A stretch of DNA of 64,000 bases from a bacterium (GCA_021782205.1 JAJXVH010000005.1:6833-70832), one strand, 5' to 3'. Shown: positions 46,440-56,238, counted from the first letter of the stretch. Numbers and translations are program-made. The notes: generated from the letters alone by a model not told the origin.

Positions 46440-47516
46440 ATGTCTGGCTATAATGCACGCATGCGAGCCGTGTTCGCCTGCATCCTCTCACTTTTCTGCG
46501 CGGCCCCAGCGTCGGCCGCCGAGCCGCTGCTCGGCTTCAATTATCCCGTATGGTCGCGCGACGGCTACGGCTCCGCGGCCGCCGCGGCGTCTCTGCGCGC
46601 GCTGGCCGCGACGGGCGCGGGTTGGGTCGCGTTGACGCCGACGCTGTACGTCAAGGACCGGCGCGACAGCGCGCCGGCCCCGACGGAGAGCACGCCCAGC
46701 GATGACTCCCTGCGCGCGGCCATCCGCGCCGCGCGCGCGGCGGGCCTGCAGGTCGTCTTGAAGCCGCACGTCGACCTTCTGGATGGAGGAGATCGCGCGT
46801 GGCTTTCCCCACGCGACCCCGCGCGCTGGTTTGCGGCTTACCGGGCGCAGATCCTGCGCTACGCCGCGCTCGCGCACGAGGAAGGCTGCGGGCTCTTCGT
46901 CGTCGGCACCGAACTGTCTCTGTTGACCTTGCCGCAGCATTGGCGCGCCTGGCGCGCGCTGATCGCCGAGGTGCGCGAGGTCTACCCCGGCCCGCTCACC
47001 TTCGCCGCGAACTGGCACTCGGCCGCGCACGTCGGTTTTTGGCGTGAGCTCGACTACGTCGGCATCGACGGCTATTATCCCGTCGCCGCCGCAAGTCCCC
47101 GCTTGATGCGCGCCGAACTGGACGTCTGGGCTCTGGAAGCCGAGGCGGTCGCGCACGCCGCCGGACGCCCGCTGCTCTTCACCGAGATCGGCATCGCCAG
47201 CCAGCGCGGCGCTCAGCGCAGACCGTGGGACTACCGAGACTTCGGCGCCGTCGACGACGCGGTGCAGGCGGATTATTTTGAGACGTTCCTGGACGTCTTC
47301 GGCCGCCGCGCGAATTTCGCCGGGATGCTGGCGTGGGATTGGGAAGACGCCCCGGCGCCGCCCGGAGACAAGTCGATGAACCTGCGCGGCAAGCCCGCGC
47401 TCCACGTTCTGGAGCAGGTCTTTCACGCCGCGCGGCAGCCCCCAAGCGTCTCCCACGCCCCAGCGGCAGCGCGCGTCTCCGCGGTCATGGAAGAAGCGCG
47501 CGACATCGCGCGCTGA
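46440..47516 (+). CDS. secreted glycoside hydrolase, TIM-barrel (GH113/GH5-like)
   Basis: Signal peptide; conserved ..LFVVGTEL.. and ..LLFTEIGIAS.. (two Glu-containing strands), WDWE. Confidence 0.5.
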   Translation: MSGYNARMRAVFACILSLFCAAPASAAEPLLGFNYPVWSRDGYGSAAAAASLRALAATGAGWVALTPTLYVKDRRDSAPAPTESTPSDDSLRAAIRAARAAGLQVVLKPHVDLLDGGDRAWLSPRDPARWFAAYRAQILRYAALAHEEGCGLFVVGTELSLLTLPQHWRAWRALIAEVREVYPGPLTFAANWHSAAHVGFWRELDYVGIDGYYPVAAASPRLMRAELDVWALEAEAVAHAAGRPLLFTEIGIASQRGAQRRPWDYRDFGAVDDAVQADYFETFLDVFGRRANFAGMLAWDWEDAPAPPGDKSMNLRGKPALHVLEQVFHAARQPPSVSHAPAAARVSAVMEEARDIAR

Positions 47517-47548
47517 GAAGGTCAGGGCGCGCACGACGCGTCTTGACT

Positions 47549-47574
47549 TTAATGATAATAGCATGTCATCATCA
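47549..47574. promoter_or_regulatory. Fur/Zur-box-like AT-rich imperfect palindrome overlapping a TTGACT -35 hexamer
   Basis: TTAATGATAATAGCATGTCATCAT contains TAATGATAAT (10/10 to the core of the Fur-box consensus GATAATGATAATCATTATC) with ATGAT/ATCAT ends. It is an AT island in GC-rich DNA immediately upstream of a metal-uptake gene set. Confidence 0.4.
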
Positions 47575-47593
47575 TCCCATGCCGCGCGCGTGG

Positions 47594-47848
47594 ATGAAGC
47601 GTTTGATGGCGACCGTCGCCGTCCTGGTCTTGGCCGCGATGGCCTTTCACGGCGTCGCGCACGCCAGCGAGGTCGGCCACGATGATTGTCCCGCCTGCGC
47701 GGTCGGTGCGGCGAAGACCGCGGGCACGTCGGCTCCGGCCGTCGTCCGCGTCCTCTTCCTCGTCGCCGTCGCCGAGCCTTTGCCCCAGCCTTGCGCCCGT
47801 CCTGCCCTCAAGTTCCGCGCCACCGCCCGCCCTCCTCCGCGCGCTTGA
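47594..47848 (+). CDS. small exported His/Cys-containing protein (possible metal-binding)
   Basis: MKRLMATVAVLVLAAMAFHGVAHASEVGHDDCPACAVG..; the alternative upstream start MIIACHHHP at 47552 would add a His-rich N-terminus. Weak call. Confidence 0.3.
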   Translation: MKRLMATVAVLVLAAMAFHGVAHASEVGHDDCPACAVGAAKTAGTSAPAVVRVLFLVAVAEPLPQPCARPALKFRATARPPPRA

Positions 47849-47894
47849 AGTTCTGAGCGTCGCCGGTCCGTCGTAACATCTAAAAGGAGGATTC

Positions 47895-49055
47895 ATGCTT
47901 CGAATTTCATTGGCGTTATTTTTTGCCGCAATTTTCGCCGCATCCGCGCGCGCGCAGGAGACGATCTTGTCGCCCGCCCCGGAAGCGGGTACGGAGGGCG
48001 TGATCACGCCCGCCATTCCCGGCGTGCCCAAGACGTTCCTGCCGGACTTCGGCATCGCGGGAGACTTCGCCTATCAGCGCAGTTCCCTGCCTAAATCGGA
48101 TCCGCGCTACACGCAAGCGCTCCAGCAGCCCGGAATCCGCGACGGCCAATTGGTGGCGTTCTCGCCCATCGATCCCTACACCAACGCGCAGTTCACCATC
48201 GACCTGCCGCAGAACGGCGTGGCCAACATCGAGGAGGCGTGGCTGTATTTTCACAAGCTGCCCGGAGGCGTGGACGTCCGCGTCGGGCGCTTTCTTCCTC
48301 AATTCGGGCTGCTGGACACGACGAACACGTTCCAACTTTCCATGTTCAACCGCCCCAGCGCCATCGGCGACTACATCGGCTCCGACGGCATGGACGCCTC
48401 CGGCCTGGAGGTGAACTTCTTCATCCCCAATCCGTGGGACCTGAACCTGAAGGCGGACTTCAACGCGGTCCAGGGCGACGTGCTGGGCGGGGCCACGCGC
48501 AACGGCGGCCTGGCTTTCCTCGGAACGCTCGACTACTCGTCGGACTTTCTGACCAACGGCTCGATCGAGGCCGGCGCCAGCGCGGCTCAAGGGCCTTCTC
48601 CCTTCGGCCTGTCCGAGACCTTGGCCAATCCCTACATCCAGGTCCAATACGCGCCGTCTCAGCGCCACGTCTGGACCTGGAGCGCCGAAGGCATGTTCGC
48701 CGAGCGCCAGGGGATGGGCGACCAGAACTTCCGCAAGAGCTTCTACACCTTTCTCGACTACAACTGGGCGCTGCGCTACCACGCCGGCTTCCTGGTCGAC
48801 GTGGTCAACCTTCCCGGCTCCCTGCCGGGCGTGACCTACCCCGGCCAGTATCCGGACGCCTACAACTCGCCCCTGCCGGCGCCCGGCTACGGCACCCAGG
48901 TCAACCTGGCGCCGAACTTGACGTGGTTCGTCTCCGACAACACGCGCCTGCGCCTGCAGTATACCCACACCACGCCCAACGGCGTGGAAAAGGCCAACGA
49001 CACGACGGCCTTCCAGGTGACGTTCTCCCTGGGCAATCTCAAACAGTTGAACTGA
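47895..49055 (+). CDS. outer-membrane porin-like beta-barrel protein
   Basis: Signal peptide, alternating amphipathic beta-strands, C-terminal ..FQVTFSLGNLKQLN; located just before the metal ABC transporter. Confidence 0.45.
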   Translation: MLRISLALFFAAIFAASARAQETILSPAPEAGTEGVITPAIPGVPKTFLPDFGIAGDFAYQRSSLPKSDPRYTQALQQPGIRDGQLVAFSPIDPYTNAQFTIDLPQNGVANIEEAWLYFHKLPGGVDVRVGRFLPQFGLLDTTNTFQLSMFNRPSAIGDYIGSDGMDASGLEVNFFIPNPWDLNLKADFNAVQGDVLGGATRNGGLAFLGTLDYSSDFLTNGSIEAGASAAQGPSPFGLSETLANPYIQVQYAPSQRHVWTWSAEGMFAERQGMGDQNFRKSFYTFLDYNWALRYHAGFLVDVVNLPGSLPGVTYPGQYPDAYNSPLPAPGYGTQVNLAPNLTWFVSDNTRLRLQYTHTTPNGVEKANDTTAFQVTFSLGNLKQLN

Positions 49056-49065
49056 GGACACGACC

Positions 49066-49995
49066 ATGAACATCAAGAACCTAACGCGGACGTTCCCCCT
49101 CCTGGCCGCACTTCTGGCGGCCGGCCCCGCCGCGGCGGCGGGCGGCAAGTTGCGCGTGCTGGCCACGACGGACTATCTGGGCTCGCTGACGCAGACCATC
49201 GGCGGCGACAAGGTCAAAGTCGACTACTTGTCTCCGGCCGGCTTCGACGCCGACAACTACTCGCCGCGCCCGCAGGACCTCTTCAAGATCCACCGCGCCA
49301 AGCTGTTCATCATGGTGGGCCTGAGCCTGGAGGACTGGGCGCGCGATCTGGTCAACGCGGCCAACAACCCCGGCTTGATCAAGGCCGAGGTCTACCACGG
49401 CATCAAGCTTCTGGACGTGCCCAAGGGCTCCGTGGACTTCAGCTTCGGCGACATCCACCCGCACGGCAATCCGCACTTCCAATTGGACCCGGAGGACGGG
49501 CGCGTGATGGCGCGCAACATCAAGACCGCGCTGGCCTACGCCGATCCGGCCAACAAGGACTACTACGCCGCGAACCTGGCCGACTTCGAACGCCGCCTGA
49601 CCGCGGCCGAGGCGCGCTGGAAAGAGCTGATGGCGCCCTACAAGGGCTGGGCCTTCACGCCGTATCACGAGGACATGGACTACTTCGCTCAGGCGTTCCA
49701 GTTGAGCATTCCCAAGCCGCCGAACACCATCGAGGAGAAGCCCGGCTTCGTGCCCTCGCCGCGACGCATCGAGGAGGTCATCAACCAGGGCAAGACCGCG
49801 GGCGTCAAGCTCATCGTGACCGAGCCCTACTACGACGTCTCGATAGGCCGGGCCGTGGCCAATGGCGAGAAGCTCCCGTTTCTGGTCGTTTCCTTGTATG
49901 ATATCGGCCTGGACCCGAAGCAGACCGACTACATCTCCATGGAAGACTCGATCGTGACGCGCTTTGCCCAAGCTTTCGCCGGCCATGGCGACTGA
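49066..49995 (+). CDS. metal (Zn/Mn) ABC transporter substrate-binding protein, ZnuA/TroA family
   Basis: Signal peptide; metal ligand His pattern ..DIHPHGNPHFQLDP..; cluster-9 SBP fold. Confidence 0.8.
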   Translation: MNIKNLTRTFPLLAALLAAGPAAAAGGKLRVLATTDYLGSLTQTIGGDKVKVDYLSPAGFDADNYSPRPQDLFKIHRAKLFIMVGLSLEDWARDLVNAANNPGLIKAEVYHGIKLLDVPKGSVDFSFGDIHPHGNPHFQLDPEDGRVMARNIKTALAYADPANKDYYAANLADFERRLTAAEARWKELMAPYKGWAFTPYHEDMDYFAQAFQLSIPKPPNTIEEKPGFVPSPRRIEEVINQGKTAGVKLIVTEPYYDVSIGRAVANGEKLPFLVVSLYDIGLDPKQTDYISMEDSIVTRFAQAFAGHGD

Positions 49996-50701
49996 ACTGC
50001 TGCACGCCCGCGGCCTCAGCGTCGGCTACGGGCGCCACGCGGTTCTGCACGGCGTGGATTTCGCCATCGAACAGGGCGATTTCCTCGGCGTGATGGGCCC
50101 CAACGGCGCGGGCAAGACCACGCTTCTGAAGACTTTGCTGGGTCTGCTCGCGCCGTTGGCCGGGACCATCGAGTCGTCGTCGGCCAAGAACGGGGGCAAG
50201 CCGCTGTTCGGCTACGTGCCTCAGCGCGAGAGCCTGGACCTGCACTTTCCGCTGACCGCTCTCGAAGTGGCGCTAATGGGCCGCTTCGGACGGCTTGGCC
50301 CTTGGCGCAGGCCCGGAAAGGAAGATCTGCGCATCGCGCGCGCCTGCCTCAGCCAGACCGGGATGGACGCCCATGCCCACCGCGCCTACCGAAAACTGTC
50401 CGGCGGCCAAAAGCAGCGCGTGCTGATCGCGCGCGCGCTGGCGTCGGAGCCGGAAATTCTCCTTCTCGACGAGCCGACCAACGGCATGGACGTCCACTCC
50501 GAGCGCGCGATCATGGAACTGCTGGCCGAACTGCAGTCCAAGAAAAGCGCGACGATCGTCTTCGTCACCCACCTGAAGGCCACGATCGAGGAATACGCGC
50601 ACCGCGTGGCGCTGATCACCTACGACGGCAAGCTTCTGGCCGGCGAGAAAAAGAAGATGCTCGACCCCAAGGTGCTGTCCCAGGCCTACAAACCCAAATG
50701 A
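49985..50701 (+). CDS. metal ABC transporter ATP-binding protein (ZnuC-like)
   Basis: GPNGAGKTTLLK (Walker A), LSGGQKQR (signature), LLLDEPT (Walker B); start at MATELL.. overlaps the znuA-like stop. Confidence 0.85.
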   Translation: MATELLHARGLSVGYGRHAVLHGVDFAIEQGDFLGVMGPNGAGKTTLLKTLLGLLAPLAGTIESSSAKNGGKPLFGYVPQRESLDLHFPLTALEVALMGRFGRLGPWRRPGKEDLRIARACLSQTGMDAHAHRAYRKLSGGQKQRVLIARALASEPEILLLDEPTNGMDVHSERAIMELLAELQSKKSATIVFVTHLKATIEEYAHRVALITYDGKLLAGEKKKMLDPKVLSQAYKPK

Positions 50702-51507
50702 TGGAACTCCTGTCCATGCCGTTCATCCGCAACATCTTCCTGGCCGGCATTCTTGTCGCGCTGGGCCTGGCCCCGTGGAGCGTCTACGTGGTGCTTCGCC
50801 GCATCGTCTTCTCGGGCGCGGCCGTGGCCGAGATCGCGTCCGCGGCCGTGGCGCTGGCGGTGCTGTTCCAATTGGCGCCGTTTCCCATCGCGCTGACCAT
50901 GACCGTGGCCAGCTTTATCGGCCTGTCGCGTCTGAGTGGCTCGGCGCGGCTGCCGCCGGAGACGATGGTGGGCATGCTCTACGCCGGCGGTTCGGCCGCG
51001 TCCGTCCTTCTGATCGCCAAGGCGCCGCGCGGAGAGGCCGACATTCTGAACATCTTGTTTGGCAACATCCTGACCGTGCCGGCGAGCATGCTCTGGGGAC
51101 TGGCCGCGGTGTTCGCCGTCTTGTCCTTGCTTCAGTTCTTCGCGGCCAAGGAGTTCCTGATCTCGGCCTATGATCCGGACATGGGCAAGGCCTTGGGCAT
51201 CCGCGTGGACGCCTGGAACATGGTCTTCTACGCAGCTCTGGGCGTGGCCGTCGCGGTCTCCATCCGCGCGGTCGGCGCCTTGATGACGTTCACCATGCTG
51301 GTGGCGCCGGGTGCCGCGGCGCTGTGCCTGACCGAACGGCTGGGCCGGGCCTTCGTCGTCGCCACGGCGCTGGGCGTGCTCTCTGCGATCGCGGGCGTGT
51401 TCCTGTCCTACCAGTATGATCTGCCCACCGGCTCGACCATCGTCGCCGTGCTTTCGGCTTTGTTCTTCGCGAGCTTCGTGGCCGGTCGCCTGCGCGCGGC
51501 GGCTTAG
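50698..51507 (+). CDS. metal ABC transporter permease (ZnuB-like)
   Basis: ATGA overlap with the ATPase gene; eight hydrophobic helices. Confidence 0.8.
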   Translation: MMELLSMPFIRNIFLAGILVALGLAPWSVYVVLRRIVFSGAAVAEIASAAVALAVLFQLAPFPIALTMTVASFIGLSRLSGSARLPPETMVGMLYAGGSAASVLLIAKAPRGEADILNILFGNILTVPASMLWGLAAVFAVLSLLQFFAAKEFLISAYDPDMGKALGIRVDAWNMVFYAALGVAVAVSIRAVGALMTFTMLVAPGAAALCLTERLGRAFVVATALGVLSAIAGVFLSYQYDLPTGSTIVAVLSALFFASFVAGRLRAAA

Positions 51508-52670
51508 TAGATCCAGCCCGGCACGCCGGGGTTCTCGCGCGGCGTGGCGCGCGGCGCGGGGGTCGGCTCGTCCTGGTCCGGGCGCGTCTGGTCCAGGCCC
51601 TCGACGGGCGCGCGCTCGGGGGAGCTCTCGATATAGTCCTGGCGCTGGCGTGAGCGCACCGATGGCGGCACGCCGCCGAAACGGTAGGCCAAGGTGAAGC
51701 GCTGGCCGTTGCCCAACTGGTCACCCATCGCCCAGCCGTAGTCGATGATGAAGCGCCCTTTCCAACGGAAGCCGAAGCCTAGAGTCAGGCCGCCCTGGTT
51801 AGGCCGGTCGAACTGATAGCCCAGCCGCAGGCCGTAGGTCTTCAGCCAGAAATACTCGGCGCCCGCGTTGATGTGGTAGAGGCGCTCGTAGATCGAGTAG
51901 TCGGTATCGGCGGCCACGGTGAGGTTGTGGACGCCGGGTTCGCCGCCCTGCCAGGCCACGCCCGCGCGCGCGGTCGCGGGCAGCGGATCGGCGGCGCTCA
52001 GATATTTGAGTTTGCTGCCGAGGTTCAGCGCGGAGGCGCCGAAGCTGAAGCCCGTCTGCGGCTGGCGCATCAGGTAGCCCACGTCCACGGCGTAGGCGTC
52101 GGCGTGGTAGGTCTGAGCCAGGGTCGAGTGCAGGTATTTCGCGCCCACGCCGACGAAATGGTCGACGTCGTAGTTGTCGTTGCCGACCGCGACCGGGGTC
52201 ATGCCCACGCGCTCCGAGTAGCCGCCTTCAATCACCATATCGCTGCCCGCGTTGATGTTGGACGAGGAGCCGAGCGTGCCGTTGGCGTTGAGCTGGTTGA
52301 CCTGGACGGTTCCATCCTGCGAGTAGAGCAGGGAGCCGGCCGCGCTCGCGTAGCCGTTGCCGGTGATGCCCGTAAAGCCCGAGGGCGTGGGCCCGCCGTA
52401 GGTCAACTGCTGAAGGGACGTCTGCCCAGCGCCCGCGATCTCGGTGAACTCCACGTCTTGGGCGTTCAACTGAGAAAGACCGGCGGGATTGTATTCCAGC
52501 GCGCTGTCGTCGTCGGCCACCGCGGTGAAGGCCGTGCCCATGCCCAGGGCGCGCGCGCCCAGCGGCACCTGGAGCACGGAGCCGGCGGTGACGCCGGGGT
52601 TGACCTGCGCGGCGGCCGAGGCGGCCAGCAGGACCAGCCATGCGGCCGCGGCGGGCCGCGGGCTTCCCAT
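51504..52670 (-). CDS. PorV/FadL-like outer-membrane beta-barrel protein (possible T9SS shuttle protein)
   Basis: Signal peptide; N-terminal LGARALGMGTAFTAVADDDSALEYNPAGL resembles the PorV-family motif as I recall it (not verified). Directly follows a gene encoding a CTD-tailed protease. Confidence 0.4.
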   Translation of the reverse strand: MGSPRPAAAAWLVLLAASAAAQVNPGVTAGSVLQVPLGARALGMGTAFTAVADDDSALEYNPAGLSQLNAQDVEFTEIAGAGQTSLQQLTYGGPTPSGFTGITGNGYASAAGSLLYSQDGTVQVNQLNANGTLGSSSNINAGSDMVIEGGYSERVGMTPVAVGNDNYDVDHFVGVGAKYLHSTLAQTYHADAYAVDVGYLMRQPQTGFSFGASALNLGSKLKYLSAADPLPATARAGVAWQGGEPGVHNLTVAADTDYSIYERLYHINAGAEYFWLKTYGLRLGYQFDRPNQGGLTLGFGFRWKGRFIIDYGWAMGDQLGNGQRFTLAYRFGGVPPSVRSRQRQDYIESSPERAPVEGLDQTRPDQDEPTPAPRATPRENPGVPGWIY

Positions 52671-55600
52671 TTATTTCACCACCACGATCTTCTGCGTGGA
52701 GTCGATGCCGGGCCCGCGTCCGCGCACGATGTAGACGCCGCTGGCCACCACGTTGCCCGCGGAGTTGCGCCCGTTCCAGTTGATCGAGCCCATGCCTTCC
52801 GGAACGGGGCCGTCGAACAAGGTCGTCACCGGCTCGCCCAGCACGGTGTAGATCACCAGCTTCATGGTCCCGGAGCCGGACGTGGAGTATTTGATCACGG
52901 CCTGCTGGCCCTTGAGCGGGTCGAAGAGGTTGTTGTAGGCGGTCAGCGAGCCCGCGCCGGAGCCGGTCAGGTTCAGCGCGTTGGAGACGCCCAAAGAGAC
53001 CGTGCTGCCCAACACGTCGTAGCCGAACACTTCCAGGTAAACGGTGCCAACGGCCGGGAAGCTGGACAGATATCCGGGTTGGAGCTGGACGGTGCCGCTG
53101 ATCTGGCCGCCTGAATTCTGCTGCGTGGCCAAAGCCAGCACGCTGCCCGCCAAGGACGTGTTCGTGTTCGCCATCGCGTTCTGGCCTTGGTCGCGCAGTT
53201 GGACGTAGGCCAGGTGATAGAGCTGGGTGCTGACGTAGGTGGTGACGTTGACCTGGAAGGAGATCGTGTCGCCGCCATAGCTGGCGGTCACGATGCCGGA
53301 GGCCAGCGCGTTGCCGTGCTGGTAGGAGACGCTCAACGAGTAGGGCGTCGTCGAGTTTACGTCGGACGGACCGTTGGCCAAGGTCCCGCCGAGCACCTCC
53401 AGGTAGAGTTGGCCGCCGCTGGGGTTGTTGTAGGACAAGCTCACCTGCGACGCGGACGTCGCGCAGCCGCTGATTTGGCTGTTGCCGTTCTGGCAGTAGC
53501 CGCCGTAGGTGCCGATGCCGTTGTAGGGAGGTGCCGCGGATGCGACGATCTGGTGCGCGGAGTTAAAAAGCTGGAGCTGGTAGGCGTAGTAGGTCGACAG
53601 AGCGTAGCTGGTCAGCGGCAGCTTCATGGTCGCGGTGACCAGGCCCGGGCCCGCGCCGAAGGTGTAGAAATCCTGGTCGCCGATGGGGTAGATCGTCGCG
53701 CTCAGAGCCGGGATCGTGCTGATGTCGGTGGCCGTGTCGAAGGAGTCGTTGGGCTCGTAGGCGTCCTCGCCGGACTGGGACACCGCGTCGGGGATATGAG
53801 CGTTGAAGGCGACGGTGATCTCGCTGGAGGCCATGCCCGCCCCGCCGCAGCCGGCGGCACCCGCCTTGTCGGCCAGGATCAGCGCGTCGTAGAGCTCGTT
53901 GAAGCTTTCCGGGAAGAACAAAAGGGCCTGGAACTCCAGGTTGTCGGCGCACTGCTGGCCCATGACCTTGCGGATGTCCCACAGCGCCTGGGAGACGAAC
54001 GGGCTGTCGGCGTGAATCTCCCCCGACCAGCCGGGGGTGTTGGCGCTCAGGTTGTAGCAGGGCGGGTTTGCGGCGCAGTCCAACGCGCGCAGGGGGCCAT
54101 AGGTGCCATAGATTCCGTTGTACTGGCCATAGAAGAAATTGATGTAGCTGCCTATGTTCGGGTCGTTGAGAGAAGAGGCGGAGAAGTAGTCGGCGTTGGC
54201 CTCGGAGATGGTGCCGGCCTGGCCGAAGTTCACAAGCGACCATATCTTGTTGACGATGTAGTGCGTGTATTCGTGGTGCGGCACGGTGGCGTCATCCTCG
54301 AAAGCATCCGACGGAGAAATGCCGGAACCGTCACCGAAGAATAAGTCGTCGAAATCAGGATCGAAAAAGGCGTTGAGCAGGTCCGGCCCCACGTGCGCCA
54401 TCGCCGCAACCGGGCCGGGGATGGGCGCGTATTGGCCTCCCGGGCAGGAGGGGCAGGCGTTCACCCCAGGCGAGTACGCGGTCGAATAAAAACCGCTGCT
54501 GCCATTCATAAAAAAATCGTGCATCAAGTTGAGGTGGTAGAACAGGCTGATCTCGCCGTGCAGGTTCGGACAGGCCGCTCCGGGGGACGGGCAATCGATG
54601 CTCACGGTGGGGGTGCCTGGAGTGAATGTGTCGGAACTCGACCAGACATGCGAGGACGGCAGAGTGCCGGGAGCGGTGGGATTGACGAAATAAAGGGCGC
54701 TGGACACGCCGACCACGTATCCGGAGTTGGAGCCGCCCTTGGCGGACAGGGCCAGGAGGACGCTTTGACCGTGAGACTCTGGGCCGTGGTTGGTGTTGCC
54801 GAACACTCCGGGCGGTACCGGAGCGATGTTCGGGTTCAAGCCGACATAAGAACCTAACGCCGCCCCCGCAGGATCATAAACCCCGACCTGGTCGTCCTGG
54901 ACCAGGGCGCCGCCCTCGCCGCCGACTTGGGTCTGGTCCGAGAAGACGCCCACGTTGAATTGGCTGAATTCGGGAATCATCGAGACGGCCGGATAGGGGC
55001 AGGCCGCCGCGGTCAACGTCGATGAATAGACTCCGCCGAACGGATACGGATTGGGCGTGGCTCCGGGTGTGGTGCACTGCTCCCACAACCCGCCTTGGGT
55101 CGCGCATGATCCCCCTCCGGGCGAACAGCCGCCGTTGTCATAGTGCGCGCCCGTGCCGCGGAATTCCGCAACGCTGACGTATGGGCCCTGCAAGGACATC
55201 GCAACGGGATAGTTCACGGCCGTGGTATAGTTTCCGGAGACATCGGTGGTCAGACGCAGGGGAACCCCGCCGACATAGACGTACTGGTCGGCGAAGGCGC
55301 GCGCGTAGCGCGTCGGAGTCTTGACCGGGTCGATGTCGAATATCTGTCCCGTCACCGTTCCGGAGACGAACTGGTGCGTGTTGTAGCGCAGGAGCACTTG
55401 GCCCGCCAGCGCATCGACGTAGTAGCGCCACGCCGCGCCGGGCGCGCGCACCGTCAGTTTCCAAGCCAGATGCGGCAGACCATCGGTTTCGCTGGGAAGA
55501 ACAACGAGCGTCGGCGTGCCCAGGGCCGTTCCCCCGCCCGCGTCGGCCGCCGCGGTGGCCTGCGCCGCGGACGCGCTCACTGAGGGCGCGGTCGGCAGAT

Positions 55601-56108
55601 TGATGTTCGGCTCGTAGGACGAGTGCACGCCGATCACCGCGCCATTGGGGGCGATGTGTACCTTGACCGAGGCAAACTCCACGGGAAGGCCTTTGTAGCT
55701 CTGCCGGAACAGCACGTGATTGTGGCCTGCGCCTCGGGTTTGGCGCTCGAAGCTCAGCGTCGCTGGATCGAGCCCGAGCATATCTGGGTGAGCGTTGATA
55801 AATGAAAGGCCGATCTCCTGCGGCGTGCCGTAGCGCGGCGTGTCCGCTCCGCCCACAAGAGAAGTCGGAATGCCGGTGCGCGGGCTGTAACGCAGCTTCC
55901 ACGTGCGGCCCTGCGCTGCGTTGAAGGCCGAGAACGCCGCGGCCGCCGCAGGCGCGTGGCCCTTGCGCATCTGCGGGAAGGCGCGATTAAAACCGAAGCG
56001 CGTGCGGTCGCGCGCGGCGTCGGGGCCGGGCTTGACGGCGTCAGCCTGAACGGCGGCCGCAAAGAACGCCGCCGCCAATGCGGCGCGCAACGCGAGGGCT
56101 CGTCTCAT
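52671..56108 (-). CDS. secreted zinc metalloprotease (HEXXH) with T9SS-type C-terminal sorting domain
   Basis: ATG at 56108..56106 gives MRRALALRAALAAAFFAAAVQA; HHEYTHYIVN (HExxH); N-terminal propeptide-like region; C-terminus ..NWNGRNSAGNVVASGVYIVRGRGPGIDSTQKIVVVK fits the SGVY..R..TxKxVVxK CTD pattern. Confidence 0.6.
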   Translation of the reverse strand: MRRALALRAALAAAFFAAAVQADAVKPGPDAARDRTRFGFNRAFPQMRKGHAPAAAAAFSAFNAAQGRTWKLRYSPRTGIPTSLVGGADTPRYGTPQEIGLSFINAHPDMLGLDPATLSFERQTRGAGHNHVLFRQSYKGLPVEFASVKVHIAPNGAVIGVHSSYEPNINLPTAPSVSASAAQATAAADAGGGTALGTPTLVVLPSETDGLPHLAWKLTVRAPGAAWRYYVDALAGQVLLRYNTHQFVSGTVTGQIFDIDPVKTPTRYARAFADQYVYVGGVPLRLTTDVSGNYTTAVNYPVAMSLQGPYVSVAEFRGTGAHYDNGGCSPGGGSCATQGGLWEQCTTPGATPNPYPFGGVYSSTLTAAACPYPAVSMIPEFSQFNVGVFSDQTQVGGEGGALVQDDQVGVYDPAGAALGSYVGLNPNIAPVPPGVFGNTNHGPESHGQSVLLALSAKGGSNSGYVVGVSSALYFVNPTAPGTLPSSHVWSSSDTFTPGTPTVSIDCPSPGAACPNLHGEISLFYHLNLMHDFFMNGSSGFYSTAYSPGVNACPSCPGGQYAPIPGPVAAMAHVGPDLLNAFFDPDFDDLFFGDGSGISPSDAFEDDATVPHHEYTHYIVNKIWSLVNFGQAGTISEANADYFSASSLNDPNIGSYINFFYGQYNGIYGTYGPLRALDCAANPPCYNLSANTPGWSGEIHADSPFVSQALWDIRKVMGQQCADNLEFQALLFFPESFNELYDALILADKAGAAGCGGAGMASSEITVAFNAHIPDAVSQSGEDAYEPNDSFDTATDISTIPALSATIYPIGDQDFYTFGAGPGLVTATMKLPLTSYALSTYYAYQLQLFNSAHQIVASAAPPYNGIGTYGGYCQNGNSQISGCATSASQVSLSYNNPSGGQLYLEVLGGTLANGPSDVNSTTPYSLSVSYQHGNALASGIVTASYGGDTISFQVNVTTYVSTQLYHLAYVQLRDQGQNAMANTNTSLAGSVLALATQQNSGGQISGTVQLQPGYLSSFPAVGTVYLEVFGYDVLGSTVSLGVSNALNLTGSGAGSLTAYNNLFDPLKGQQAVIKYSTSGSGTMKLVIYTVLGEPVTTLFDGPVPEGMGSINWNGRNSAGNVVASGVYIVRGRGPGIDSTQKIVVVK

Positions 56109-56166
56109 CTGGCGCGAGAATATCACTTGGTCGTTACGAGATTGTTGCGCGACGCGTCAAAAAAAT

Positions 56167-56238
56167 TGGGCCCGCCAGGAATCGAACCCGGATCCCTTGG
56201 TTCGAAGCCAAGTGCTCTATCCGTTGAACTACGGGCCC
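56167..56238 (-). tRNA. tRNA-Arg (anticodon TCG)
   Basis: Reverse complement GGGCCCGTAGTTCAACGGATAGAGCA-CTTGG-CTTCGAA-CCAAG-GGAT-CCGGGTTCGATTCCTGG-CGGGCCC-A; no encoded CCA. Confidence 0.8.

Noticed and set aside
47552-47593. His-rich N-terminal extension (MIIACHHHPMPRAW) of the small exported protein
   Set aside because: The upstream ATG lies inside the putative Fur/Zur box and -10 region. A start at MKRL (47594) gives a cleaner signal peptide. It is noted as an alternative, not called.
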